Positions 13,466 to 27,171 of a stretch of DNA of 64,000 nt are shown here, in pieces. Source of the DNA: Octopus vulgaris (taxonomy: Eukaryota); NCBI GenBank assembly GCA_951406725.2, contig OX597819.1, positions 82,398,001 through 82,462,000 on the forward strand, given 5' to 3'. Each line of letters begins with the position of its first letter. Within the stretch, counting starts at the first letter, position 1. The translations under genes were made by a program, and so were the position numbers. The notes below the pieces were generated by a model that was not told the DNA's origin, did not search any database, and saw only the letters and a program-made list of their open reading frames with translations.

Positions 13466-14875
13466 CCCAAAATAATGCAAATTTTTACTGAGAGAGAACA
13501 ATATAACAGCATTCTTCACTAATTGGATATTTAATTAATTTCTAAGAATGTGTAGGTTTAGAAGTTTACCTCACTATTATATGATTCTATGTTCAGTCTT
13601 ACGGTGTGAGATCTTAAGTAAATATTTTCTATCATGCCTGCAGGTCTTCAATATCCTTATGAGTGAAATCCAGTGGACAAAACTGTCCTGGAGCTCATTG
13701 ATGGCACCGTTCCTGTCATTCACTGTTAGATTTTATTTCACATTGCATTTAACAGCTGGACCATAGGTCCCTCTAGCAGAGTTTACTCTGTTGTGAAATA
13801 TTAAAGCCAGGTCTTTTATCTGAAGAGAATTTCATAACCTCCTCCTATGAGCACCAACCTGGTTTCTCTAATGGGCTTTCATGCAGTTTCCATTAACTAA
13901 ATTATATTCACCATGACATGGTGAACTCAATGATAAGGTAAAAGACTCACAACACTGGAGAGAAGTCATAGATTTTCATATCAAGACCTGCCACCACTAC
14001 CAATAAAAGAAACATTATTGAATAATATGCAGTTACCTGCAAAGAAAAGGATATTCAATGTTGATTCTTTTGAATCCATTGCTATCAGAATGTCATGTTA
14101 GAGTTGGATGTAAAGGCAAGCTGGTGTATATATCCAAATTACCAATCTGTATTTCAGATAAGAAATATAAAGAATAAAGATATCTAATAGAAAATGAGAG
14201 GGAGGTGTGCACTTAGTTCACACCAATAAAAGAAAGTGATGATTACCAACAAAACCAAGTAAAGGTCAGAACAAATTGAATTTTGGAAAAATATAGAAGA
14301 TTCATTAAAAATTTTTGCCCATAACCAAGCGATGAAAGGTCTGACCTCTTTGATTAATACCATCTAAGAAGAATGAATAATTTACTTAGATATTTTAAAA
14401 GATTTTCATTTCTTTTTTATTTTTGCATAATTTCTATTACTATAACTGATTAAATTAATTGGGTTTATATATATATATATGCACATACACATGTCTCTCT
14501 CTCACCCTCCCTCCCTCTCTCTCCCTATATATATAAATATAAGTACATGCATATAGATAGATGGCTAGATATGTATAGGTATGATTACATACACAAGGAT
14601 GTATATATGTTGTGTATATACATATAAGTACATATATGTTTATATATAAGTGTGTGTGTGTATTACATTTTTATGTGAAATGGAATAATTTTTGAAATTT
14701 GAATTCTATATTTTGTTATATTTATCAAAACATCTGAAATCCAATTAATAATAGTTCAAATATCCAATTAAAAGCCAATCCCAGTAAACTAATTTGTATG
14801 CTGCCATATGAAAATGATATTTTTACCAAGCAATACATATATAATCTTTTGAGTTCTATAATTTTCTTCTATACT

Positions 14876-14878
14876 GTA

Positions 14879-14931
<53 letters not shown>
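14876..14931. repeat. (TA)n microsatellite
   Basis: Seen directly. Confidence 0.95.
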
Positions 14932-14933
<2 letters not shown>

Positions 14934-15697
14934 AGAACTATTACAGGTGGATTTTAGGAAAAAAGAACCAATGATAAGAAGTTAATAGGATAGAATTTGA
15001 GAGATGACCAAATGAGAGAGGAAGAAACAAGAAGAGAGTAGTCTTAAGATGAATTGAAATATCAGACAATTTTGATATGAAAGGATGCATCAAGTTCCTG
15101 TCTATGAATATAATTAAGATAAGAATATATGTGGAGATGTGGGAATTGAGACAATTTGTGACTAGAATTAATTCGAAAAAAAAAAAAAATGAATGAAAGT
15201 GTCAACCTTCATAGTAGACATTACTCAGTAAAATGAAATGAAAACAGATATTTATGAAAGAATAGTTACATTTATAACAGTTTTGAAATTTTTATTGATT
15301 TTAGACTTTCAATAAATTATGCAAGAAAACATGGTTTGCAAAATCTGGAAAACTAATGTGTAACCTGAACTTGAGGAAAGGGACAAGATGCAGGTTAATA
15401 CTAAAAACAGTGGCTATCAGATGTATAAGTTGATGTAGGCAAAATATTTTTACTTTGGGTTAAACATGTAAATATAGGCATTTGACACGTTTTGGCTTCA
15501 GTCATTGAGCTTCTACAATAGTGAGGCAGTATTTTCAAGGGTTTTCAGCAATTTCATTGACCCTGTATTTACCTAGTGCTTCTTTTATCACATTCCATTT
15601 ATCAAATGGTTAAGTAGGAGATATTACTCAGCATATTTCAAGAAGTATTTTTCTTAGACAACATTCACTTATTGATCTAAGTGCATATAGATAAACA

Positions 15698-15711
15698 GAG
15701 AGAGAGAGAGG

Positions 15712-15762
<51 letters not shown>

Positions 15763-15775
15763 CACACACACACAT
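15698..15775. repeat. (GA)n(CA)n microsatellite
   Basis: Seen directly. Confidence 0.95.
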
Positions 15776-16066
15776 GCACATACATATAGTATTTGAATAT
15801 TCATTCTACAGCAGAAATCACCTGGTTCAGCTTTATCAGATCTGCATAAGGTATGATATGAGTGTAACATAATTATCTGATTTTTATGTTGCATATTGAA
15901 AAGAATGCAAAGCAAAGAAAAATAATAATAACAATAATAATCAGAAATGCAATGGAAGTATTAGTAACCTTATTATAAATACAAATTACTCAATATAAAT
16001 ATTTCCTCAATTAAGACTTTCGCAATCTTTGAAAAATTATGACATGAATGAAAATAGTTTCATAAT

Positions 16067-16435
16067 AGGTATAGACGAAGCTGTGTGGTTAAGAGGTTTG
16101 CTTTGCAACTATGAAATCTTGGGTTCAGTCCTACTGTGCAGCAGCTTGAGCTTGTGTTCACTACTAAAGCCTGGGTCAAGCAATGCTTTATGAGTGTATT
16201 TGGTACATGAAACTGTGTGGAAGCCCATCATACATGTCTGTGTCTTTATGTGTGTGTTTGTCCCTTCCATCACTTGACAACAAGTGTTTGTTTGTATATG
16301 TCCCTATACATTTGCAGTTCAGCAAAAGAGACTTAAAAATATGTTTTGGGGGTGCAATTCGTTTGACTATAACCCTTCAAGGTAGTGTCCAAGCACAGCC
16401 ACAGTTCAATGGTTGAAACAGGAAAAAGATAGAAG
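16067..16435 (+). mobile_element. Old SINE family A copy
   Basis: gctgtgtggttaagaggtttgc...gggttcagtcctactg...ttcaaggtagtgtccaagca...tgaaaca. Confidence 0.8.
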
Positions 16436-17259
16436 TTAAATGAAAATACTTTGATAATAAGCCAATAACAGAAGTTTTGGGGGAAAAAAACCCCACATAA
16501 AACTGGAAGCATTTTGATTATAATTTTGTTAAATGAACATAATAAAACTCTCATAATATCTGTTTTGTGGTATCTATAATCCCTCCTTAATTAACATGCA
16601 GCAGTAAACCAACACAGAGATTATGAATAAGCAGCATACCCAAGCAGCTGGTAACAAATACAAAGATCATGAAATAACTGCAAAATGCAACTTCAAAATA
16701 TGGTTATGGTGCAAATATTCTATACAATTTCTGCCTACAAATTTTAGACACAAGGCATTATGTTAGCTTAAGTTTACAGTAGGAAACACTTACCCAACAT
16801 ACCATGCAGTGAAACAGAATACAAGATCTTATGGTAAGAAATTAGACTCCTTATAGACATAGCCATACTTGTACTTATATTATGTGTATATATAATTACA
16901 TGTACAACATGTAAAATAACTACAAAGAAGCACATAATCACAAAATTGCAACTTTTAACTACCTTTAGGTATCTTGACTATAACTCAAGTACAGTTTAAG
17001 GTCATCAGTAAAAAGGTGTATGTTTATATGAGTGTAAATATGTAGGTAGAAAGTAGGTATTCAGGTAGATATGTATGCATGTTCTGTTGATTGGATCAAC
17101 TGGAACCCTCATCATTGTAACCAAAGGAGTGCCGTTTATATGTGTGCCTATATCTATGCATATGTATGTATGTATGCATGTATGTTTATATGTATGTAAG
17201 TATATATGTATGTAACTATGCATGCATTTATGGGAACAGTATGTTTATAGTTTACATAA

Positions 17260-17458
17260 TATTGGTTTGAAATTTTGGCACAAGACTAACAAATTCCAGG
17301 ATGGGAGTAAGTCAAATACATCAAGCCCAGTGCTCTACTGGTACTTATTTTGTCAACCCCAATGGCTGGTGGCATTTGAACTCAGAACATAAAGCTAGAA
17401 GAAATACCGCTAAGCATTTTGTCTAACATGGTAACAATTCTGCCAGTTCACTGCCTTA
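17260..17458 (-). mobile_element. SINE family B
   Basis: ggtttgaaattttggcacaag...tttgaactcagaac...gaaataccgctaagcattt...ttctgccagttcactgcctt. Confidence 0.85.
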
Positions 17459-20400
17459 TATGGCTTACATATAAGGCAGCAAGATAAATATTTTCTCAGA
17501 ATGCTTGTCTGTTGTGACATCTAATTTCCTCACAATAAAACTGCAGAAGTGAACTTGTTTCAAGTGAACAAGACACTTTAGTTTTACAGACTTAGTGCTG
17601 CATAAGGCTACAAAGTCTGTTATTTACAGTAATGAAGTATATCACTTGTAGCACTTAGAGACAGTGAGAATTGAACTATTGGCACTGGTGCTGGTTCATC
17701 ATCATTACATTAACATTGGTTCTCTAGTTCAATAGAAAGACAAAATAAGTATTTTGAAAACTTTGTTGTGCAATATTATTCATTCACCACTTAATTTATA
17801 CTCTTTTTTATTTAGTAGTATCAGCGCTATAAAAGGTAAATTCTCTGGAAGCTGAATCCGCAACTCAAGTTCAGTTTTACATCTCCCGTATTGTTAATAC
17901 CTATGGGAAAGGTATAGATGTCACACAATATCATTCCTTGTGTTTATGAATATCAGATCTCTAGCCTTATATTAAGAAATCAATATTCATTTCTGCTTAC
18001 TGAAATATAGAAAGATTAGCTGCATAAAACAGAAATGTATATTTATAAGGCTAATATATGAATTTTTCTCAATTCTATTTCTAGATATGGTCTAAGGATG
18101 CATTTGATCAAAAGGATATATAATTTTAAAAGAGGAGAGAATGATACATTTTGCTGATCACTTGAATCCTAGACAATATTCAGATAACATATCTATTTCA
18201 TTAAGAAACCTACTTTTACTAACAATTATCGTTTATTGTCCAATTATCATCCTTTGCTTCTTTTGTAGTATAAAGAGATAATTATGATTATCTCTTTTTA
18301 CATTTATAAATCTCACTCAGTGCTATTGTCTGCATAAGTAACAAATTAATAAATGTTTGGAACAGCTTTTCTGAAAGATTACAGGCTTTAGAATTGAAAT
18401 GCAGAATTATTGTGACAAATCATCAAAGTATTGATATCCAGGAAAAATAAGGAAATATAATTAGCTGTTATTAATTATCAAAGAGAAGAGCAGATGCACA
18501 GTTTGATGAAATCTCGAGAATATCTTCAAGAAACTGGTGGTTCATATCCTGTCATTTACACAGCATTGTTTCCAAGGGCACTTAACCCTCAATAGAAGAG
18601 TTCTCTTAAACCACATGGTAGTATAATCCACTAGTGTAAAATGCAGCTGCATTGAAAAGTTGATGATTTGCTGGTTTGGAAAAGTTACTTGAAATAGGCT
18701 GGCAACTTATCAACAAGGATATTTGTATGTGATCAGTTTAATATTGAGAAACTGGAAAATGAGCATTGGCCAGTGAACTACAGAAATATACAAAGGAATA
18801 GAAAATTAGGCAAAGCTATTAATGTGAAATATTATCACACAAATAATGAATTGAAATTTATCTACAGTTACAATGTAAAGTCTCTTCAGGGAGCAATATC
18901 ACCAACAAAATCTATTAGATCTCTCAAATTACTGTATATCATTAAAAGCCTCATATGATAGTATATAACAGTAAAGATGATGTTCTTTTTAAGTGAAATT
19001 TTGTTTTATTACTTCAACTATTGCCTGTAAACTAGTGTATAGTAGTACTAGCTGTGCTGATTTCATACCACCATGACAAAATTAGAAATGATGAAAGTGA
19101 ATTATTGTAATGTTGGTCAAATTGAGTAGATACAGGTTTCTCAAATGCCACAAAATTGTTTCATGACAGCAATTATCTTCAACCATCTATGAAGCTGGAA
19201 CACTTCTAAATTATATACAGTAAATGGAAGATATAAAATAGCTTTAATCTTTGAATGTCATGATCATATAGGGTTGAATTTCCTTGAATTAAAATGCTTT
19301 CAGGAATCCTGTTCAAGAAATATTTTGAAATCTGAGATTTTTATTTTTCATTTAGTGTTGAGTAGCAACAGTGAGCTTCATATGAAATGAACAAATGAAA
19401 ATAAATAAATAAATAATTAAATAAAATCAAATACAAACCATCTGATATTCATGACATTTTATAGAATATTGGAAGAGCATTTTTAAAGGTATACTGGAAT
19501 GTATTACCTTTCATCTCAGAAGTGGATATCAATCTAGATGATATAAGTAAAATTTGATTCAGGAGTTCATAGCTGGAGATATATGAGTTATTGATAATTT
19601 TGACATACATATAACAGTTGACCCCACTCAACGACAATATTTGATATATTGCATTTGAGTTGCCTCTTGCTAAATAGGAATATTTCATTAAGTCCTGGTA
19701 CACTTGAGAGATAGTGGGTTATAATTAGTGACTAGTTTATCTGTTAAACTAATGTGTTGCTGTTCATTAAGACCAGGTGAACATGCCATCTGATCAATAA
19801 TGTAAACTCAGAAAAAAAGCACTCAAAATACTGCATGCACCTATTGAAGTTAGAGTTCTATTGATTATAATATGTTATTTAGACTTAAATTTTGGCCAAA
19901 AATATTTATCTTTTATAAAATAAGAACTAAGTTATGAAAAAAACCCCAACTGAAAGCTAACATATGAATTTCCTGTCTTGCTCATTCCTGACTGTTGGAT
20001 ATTAAATACAGTAGAAATAAGTCATCTGTTTGATTAATATTTGCATATACTTCACCGTAATACACTCAAGTTTCCTCTTCTTAAGTAAATGTTTTTGACA
20101 GCAGCATAAAATTTTTTAGTCAGCAATGTTGACAGTTGGTAAATGTTGATGTGTGATGATGGTGTTAGCCTCAACTATTACAATGCAACCAACCAAACTA
20201 ACCAATGCATTGCAAAGAGGACTGACCAAATTGCTTTACAGATTTAACAGAGCATTGCTCTGAATTCTGTTTGTATGGTGGCTGATTTTAACATTTCATG
20301 TCTCCAGACTCAATAATATAAGAAACATTAGTATGTGCTGGAGATTAATTCCAGTAATTAAACTCTCATACAAAATTTGCTTTAAGTTACGGAAAACAAT

Positions 20401-20757
20401 TGTTTTATTGATGACTAATTTGAGTTGTTCTTTATTTTTATCACCATATTAACCATTAAATTATACTTTCGATGTATTTTAAAATCAATACTATAACACA
20501 ACATTTCATAACTTTGTTGAGCCTTAAAGTATTTTAGATTATTTTAGTAATGTGTTATATACATACATACAGACATACATATGTATGTATGCATGTATGT
20601 TTAAAAATGAATGAATTAAGAATGAAGATTTTTTTTTCCATCCTTATTCATTTATTATCATTTTGACAATAATTGTATGACAATTAGTCATTATAAAATC
20701 TTTGGATTTGCAGAATACTTGATTATTCTTAATTAATGAATTATTCATTACATAGTA

Positions 20758-21070
20758 GTGAAAGTGCATGACTCAGTGATTCGAGTGTCAGGCTTGCAAT
20801 CATGAGGTAGTGAGTTCAATTCCCAGACTGGGCTGAGTGTTGTGTTCTTGAGTAGGATATTTTATTTCACATTGCTCCAGTTCACTCAGCTGTAGAAATG
20901 AGTTGCAACATCACTGGTGCCAAGCTGTATCAGCCTTTGCCTTTCCCTCGGATAACATCAGTGGTATGGAGAGGGGAAACTGGTATGCATGGGTGACTGC
21001 TGGGTTCCTTAAGCAATCTTACCTGGACTTGTGCCTTGGAGGAGAACTTTCTAGGTGTAGAACCATGGTC
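20758..21070 (+). mobile_element. tRNA-derived SINE family C
   Basis: tRNA-like head (actcagtgatt...gagttcaattccc) followed by ttgtgttcttgagtaggatattttatttcacattgctccagttcactcagctg. Also present at 51915, 61295 and 61725. Confidence 0.85.
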
Positions 21071-22938
21071 AAAAGCAATATGCATGCACAAAATTAAAAA
21101 TACAAAATGGCAACAATTTACCCATCACACCTGCTTGACTGCAATGCAATCTTGTTGTACCTCACTTTGCATAACTGATGAATTTTAATTTTGTTATGAA
21201 AATGAAAGAAACAAGAGATTTTTCAATTTCTACGAACTGTCTCTAATTTAATTGTCATCAACTAATCAGTGGCCAGTAGTCTGAATATTTTCTGATTTTC
21301 CTTAACATTGCTATAAGATTTTGGTTGTTTTTCAATCTTCGAATAGGACATTTAATGCTAAAATATCAGCTATAGGCAATGTAAGTGAAATAAAATGTAT
21401 GGAACATATCCTATTTTCAGTTTATGATATTTTACTAAAAATTTATTGTAAAGTTCTCAAAAATGTCTTTAGCAAGTAAATTAATTTCCTTTATTTAAAT
21501 GTTTTTATTATATTTTATAAAGTCTTAAATTTATTTTGTATAAGCATAAATTGTTGATATTTATAAGCTTTTTATCATAACTAGAATATGAAAGAGGACC
21601 TTGTTCTTGCTGACATTTTTGATAATTATGCAATATGACATTTCATTGGTCTATCTTGTGAAGTGAAACAGAATGTCAAGAAGTATTAGTGAACAGCATC
21701 ATTCCATGAGCAATCACCTTGAAACAATGTTTCCTTTAAAATCTTTTCTAGTGTATATATTTCAAAATTTGGCTTTTATTTTATGACAATGATTGCATTT
21801 TCTTGTAAATGTAATCAGTGATATATATTTACAGTTTTTAATTTTTTTTATTTAGATATTATATACAAATAATATTTTTTATGTTGCTTGACAAGCTAAC
21901 ATTTCCATAATAGAGGCTTCAGTTTATTGCTTATTGCTTTACATGGTTGAAAGATTTCAATGTCTACCCAAGCTGAAAATATTGTAGGTGGGGAGAGAAA
22001 ATTAAGAAATTCATACAGAATAAACTGAGAATATTCTGTTTCTCACCATACTTCATGCAAGTATATGACACACTTCAATGTAATCATTGTTCATCTTTTC
22101 AACATTAGTCTCACCTAGAATGTAAATATTTGTATATAGGGTTAGGTTTTATGTCAGATTTATTTTATTGTTATATAACTGCCATTTTATTGCCATATAA
22201 CTTTCATTTGGAATTCTTAATTTTAAATACAATAAGGAGAAATAGATATATGCAATATGTACATATCAAAATAGTTTTCTACTAAAAATCTTTATATCCT
22301 ATGAATTGAAACTTAGTCTTTTAAGAAATTAATTTAGTTGAAATAAAATGTATGAATTATAGTAGTGTAAGTTCACTCAAGTTAACTGAATTAAGATAGT
22401 CACACCTTATAGCTTAAATATCACTCGCTTTCCATAGAAAATTATTTACATAGCCTAGAGTTGATATTCCAGCATAGAATGTCATATAAAAAACTAAAAA
22501 ACAACAAACTGTTACATGATTTCAGATATTCTTTGGTCAGTTATTTTTTGATTGCCACTATTACACTAAATCTACTGTATCACCACTGTCTTATGAAAGT
22601 CTGGTAAACATTCATGAGATAGAATTTCTAACTAGTTTTCCATTTGTAAATTCTGTTGGTAATAAGCAACTTTTCCCAGTGTGGATCAATAACCCAGCCA
22701 GAATCTTGGTTGAACTTGATGTTTTACGGTGACAATAATTTTGTTTTTTTTTCTTCTCTTTCCTTAATTGAACAATTGTGTGTAGTTGAAATAAAATGTA
22801 TGGAACATATTATATATACTATAACTACTAGTTAAATATGTTGTGTGGCCTTTTTAATTCATTTAATTTGCATTAACAGTACTGCAAATATATATTCCAT
22901 ACATTTTTATAAGAATTTTCAGTCACAAATTCATTTGG

Positions 22939-24170
22939 TTGATAACGTGTCATCAAAAAAAAAAAAAAAAAACTTGATCCTTGATATCTCTCTTAATTTC
23001 TATCCTTTGTTTACTTGCGAAAGTCTTTATAAAGAAATCTGTCAGATTATATACAATAATTCAACTTGTTTTGTCTTCTTCTTACACCACCTCAAAAACT
23101 TCACTCAGTCAAGCTCACCTTATTAATCTATGTTAGAAAACTCATTCCTCATTGGAGACAAAATGTGCATTTAACCATTAAAGTGTTTCTATGAGTTTGA
23201 ATAAAGTCAATCTGGTCCCAATCTTCATTGAATAATAGACAATCAGTTTGGGAAGCAAACGTTTTGGGTTTAGGCACAATTATCACTGTGGGGATGAGGA
23301 ATGTGCTTCATAGCTATTTAGCTTGGATTTGATCTTACTGCATGAGATATTAGATAAAATTTCTTCTACATAACTTAATTTGAAAAATGCTTAGTGAGAG
23401 AAATTTAATTACAGAAACTATTTGGAAGCCTTGTTTAATCCCACTACCACCTCACCCTTAGGAGCATTTAACCAACTACCTTCTGTTGAAACTCTTTAGG
23501 ACAGGTTTCTGGTCTGACAAAGGTTGGGAGCACAGTTCTTTCTCCTAGGACTAAGTTATGAAAAATTAAAAAATCTTTACTTACATCAAGAAACTACAGA
23601 AGTACATCGGTTCTTCATTGACCTTAGTTTCCTTAAACATAAGTTTTATTGATGATTCCTGGCATCATAATATTAAGATAATTATATTTGAGGTAAGTCT
23701 AGTAAACCTGTTCTTTCTACTCATCTGAAAATTCTTTGTGCTTATGCCAAGATAAAGGTGTCTGTCATATTCTCTAATACTATATCTTCTTATCAGAATT
23801 CTTACTTACTAAAAATAAATTGCAATAAATTTTCTGTTTGTAGAAGTGCATAGTTATAATGATATCTAAATAGATGGAATTTGCAATCTATTGAACAGAT
23901 AATATGTTGTCTGTAGTCACTTGGAAAAGTGTAAAAGTATCTATTTAGAAGAGTAGGATGTAGGCTTTCTATTTAAACAACTGTTTTACAAAAACTAATT
24001 ACAGCATAGAAAGAAATCTGCTTTCACCAACCAGTATGGTTTTCATGAGTTAAAATTCACATCTACAATATTCCTATTCATTACTGATGAAGCACACCAG
24101 GACACAAATCCCACATTAAAACATTAAAATAAGCATTCTCACAATAAATAATTTTCTTGGTATACAGAAA
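22939..24170 (+). repeat. Left arm of ~1.23-kb inverted duplication
   Basis: Reverse complement of 24941-26183 along its whole length. ORFs 22845-23126(+) and 25998-26183(-) share the same peptide. Confidence 0.97.
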
Positions 24171-24432
24171 ATTCAGGCTGATAAGGAGCAGAGAGGTGCA
24201 GAGAGTGTGGAAAAAAAACAAAATTACTTCTACCATATAACTTCGGTATATTTCAAGATTTAAATGAAATTACCAATTTATTCAAACCGGAAAAGGAAGT
24301 AGTATGCTTCTAGAAGAATTTTCAAATGGAAACCTATTTAGAGACTTTATTTCACAAAGAAGGCTCAGTGCTTCAATGATGAAATTTAGTGATAAGAGTG
24401 AAATTCTGAGAAATTAGAAATTCTAAGAAGTC

Positions 24433-24509
24433 TTGCTATAAGATTTTGGTTGTTTTTCAATCTTTGAATAGGACATTTAATGCCAAAATATCAGCTATAG
24501 GCAATGTAA
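24433..24509 (+). repeat. 77-bp direct copy of 21308-21384
   Basis: ttgctataagattttggttgtttttcaatct...atcagctataggcaatgtaa at both sites, 2 mismatches. Confidence 0.95.
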
Positions 24510-24940
24510 ACAATATATTATGAAAGCGAGTGATATATATTGCAAAACCTGTACTGTACGACTTTCTTAATTCATTTAAGAAATATATTAAGATATAAGC
24601 TTCATCTTTCATTTAAATATTGAATCAATGTCAAGGCTTGAATATGAACATAAAATCAATATGTAATTTAATTTGAAATGGAGAAAATATTGAATGAAAT
24701 GAAAAAGCTTTTTGTATATCTTTAACAGTCATAGCTGTAAAGGTGGTAGTGAAATAGAACACATATATATGTCTCAAATTCAATATGAATGATTTTAGAC
24801 TTTAAGAATTCTAATAAAATCTATTAAAAACAAATGACTCAATTTTCAATAGATATTGAATCTCTTAGAATATATCCTCCAATTTATCAGCATTTTATTG
24901 TGCCAAAATGTTTTTATGCTAAAACTAGTTGATATATTTA

Positions 24941-26183
24941 TTTCTGTATACCAAGAAAATTATTTATTGTGAGAATGCTTATTTTAATGTTTTAACGTGG
25001 GATTTGTGTCCTGGTGTGCTTCATCAGTAATGAATAGGAATATTGTAGATGTGAATTTTAACTCATGAAAACCATACTGGTTGGTGAAAGCAGATTTCTT
25101 TCTATGCTGTAATTAGTTTTTGTAAAATAGTTGTTTAAATAGAAAGCCTACATCCTACTCTTCTAAATAGATACTTTTACACTTTTCCAAGTGACTACAG
25201 ACAACATATTATCTGTTCAATAGATTGCAAATTCCATCTATTTAGATATCATAATAACTATGCACTTCTACAAACAGAAAATTTATTGCAATTTATTTTT
25301 AGTAAGTAAGAATTCTGATAAGAAGATATAGTATTAGAGAATATGACAGACACCTTTATCTTGGCTTAAGCACAAAGAATTTTCAGATGAGTAGAAAGAA
25401 CAGGTTTACTAGACTTACCTCAAATATAATGTCACAAATATAATTATCTTAATATCATGATGCCAGGAATCATCAATAAACTTATGTTTAAGGAAACTAA
25501 GGTCAATGAAGAACCGATGTACTTCTGTAGTTTCTTGATGTAAGTAAAGATTTTTTAATTTTTCATAACTTAGTCCTAGGGGAAAGAACTGTGCTCTCAA
25601 CTTTTGTCAGACCAGAAACCTGTCCTAAAGAGTTTCAACAGAAGGTAGTTGGTTAAATGCTCCTAGGGATGAGGTGGTAGTGGGATTAAACAAGGCTTCC
25701 AAATAGTTTCTGTAATTAAATTTCTCTCACTAAGCATTTTTCAAATTAAGTTATGTAGAAGAAATTTTATCTAATATCTCATGCAGTAAGATCAAATCCA
25801 AGCTAAATAGCTATGAAGCACATTCCTCATCCCCACAGTGATAATTGTGCCTAAACCCAAAACGTTTGCTTCCCAAACTGATTGTCTATTATTCAATGAA
25901 GATTGGGACCAGATTGACTTTATTCAAACTCATAGAAACACTTTAATGGTTAAATGCACATTTTGTCTCCAATGAGGAATGAGTTTTCTAACATAGATTA
26001 ATAAGGTGAGCTTGACTGAGTGAAGTTTTTGAGGTGGTGTAAGAAGAAGACAAAACAAGTTGAATTATTGTATATAATCTGACAGATTTCTTTATAAAGA
26101 CTTTCGCAAGTAAACAAAGGATAGAAATTAAGAGAGATATCAAGGATCAAGTTTTTTTTTTTTTTTTGATGACACGTTATCAA
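24941..26183 (-). repeat. Right arm of ~1.23-kb inverted duplication
   Basis: Starts tttctgtatacc and ends gatgacacgttatcaa. About 10 substitutions and 3 indels versus the left arm, counted by eye. Confidence 0.97.
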
Positions 26184-27171
26184 TCACATGAAATGAATCA
26201 TGGCAAAGCTGAGCAAGATAAATTTGTTGAATAGCCTTGGTTTATCCCTTTATTTGAAATCACAGAATATATTTTGTATGTGGAGTAACTATAAGATAAA
26301 TAATTCACAAAGAGGAAACATTTCTATTTAACAATAGTTGGCCTAGAAAAGTCTAGAATAAGCTCCACTATACTGTGCGAAAATAAACTAGGCAGAGGTT
26401 ACTAGCTCATTGAAAAAGATCAGAACATGTATGAAGAAACTAAATCTAAACAAATGATTGATAAATATTTGAAAACTACAACAATTATTTATTAATGAAG
26501 TAGGATTATTCAGAGAATATATTTGTATATATTAAATGAGAATATATGTTGATAACCAGGAAATAAACATAAAAGAAAGTCATTTCTTCTTTTCTTCTTT
26601 CTTTTTCCTACATACAAATAATTTTACTTGGGGAAAGAATACTTATATGAAAATTCTAACAAAAAGAAAACTAGCTACTTATTTAATGCTACTAAGCATA
26701 AACAATAAATACCCATAGAAACTTAATGTACTTTTGGCAAACTGAGTGTGAAAATACAAATTTGATTCCCAGTTGAGCCAGTTCAACTTACATGCTTCTC
26801 ACATTTTCAATTTCCTGCTGTAGTAAATAGGAGTGAGAAGGACAAGCTGTGCTAAGTTGACATACCTTCAAAATGAAACAATACTTGAAAATGAATCTTT
26901 TGGTGTTAAACCAAATCTCATGGGAGTTAGCAGGTTCTTTATTTGTTTATAAGTGTAAAATAAAAATAAAATATTATGTTATGTGTTTATAATTTTCTTT
27001 AAATTCTCAATTTTGTATTTCTAATTCAAATATATCATATATGTTGATGTGAGCATGTCTGAGAAAATATTGATCAGAATGTTCTAATAACTCATTTAAT
27101 AGTAAAATTATTTCCATCATTCTTGAAGAAGGTATTTCGATTTCTAAACCAGTTTCTTTTTTTTTTTACAG

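Noticed and set aside
20758-20830. tRNA-like sequences with A/B boxes (also in other SINE heads)
   Set aside because: They continue into SINE bodies and lack a complete cloverleaf, so they are not tRNA genes.
22939-26183. Reading the large inverted repeat as a long-TIR transposon
   Set aside because: No target-site duplication in the flanks and no transposase in the spacer. Not excluded without a genome-wide search.
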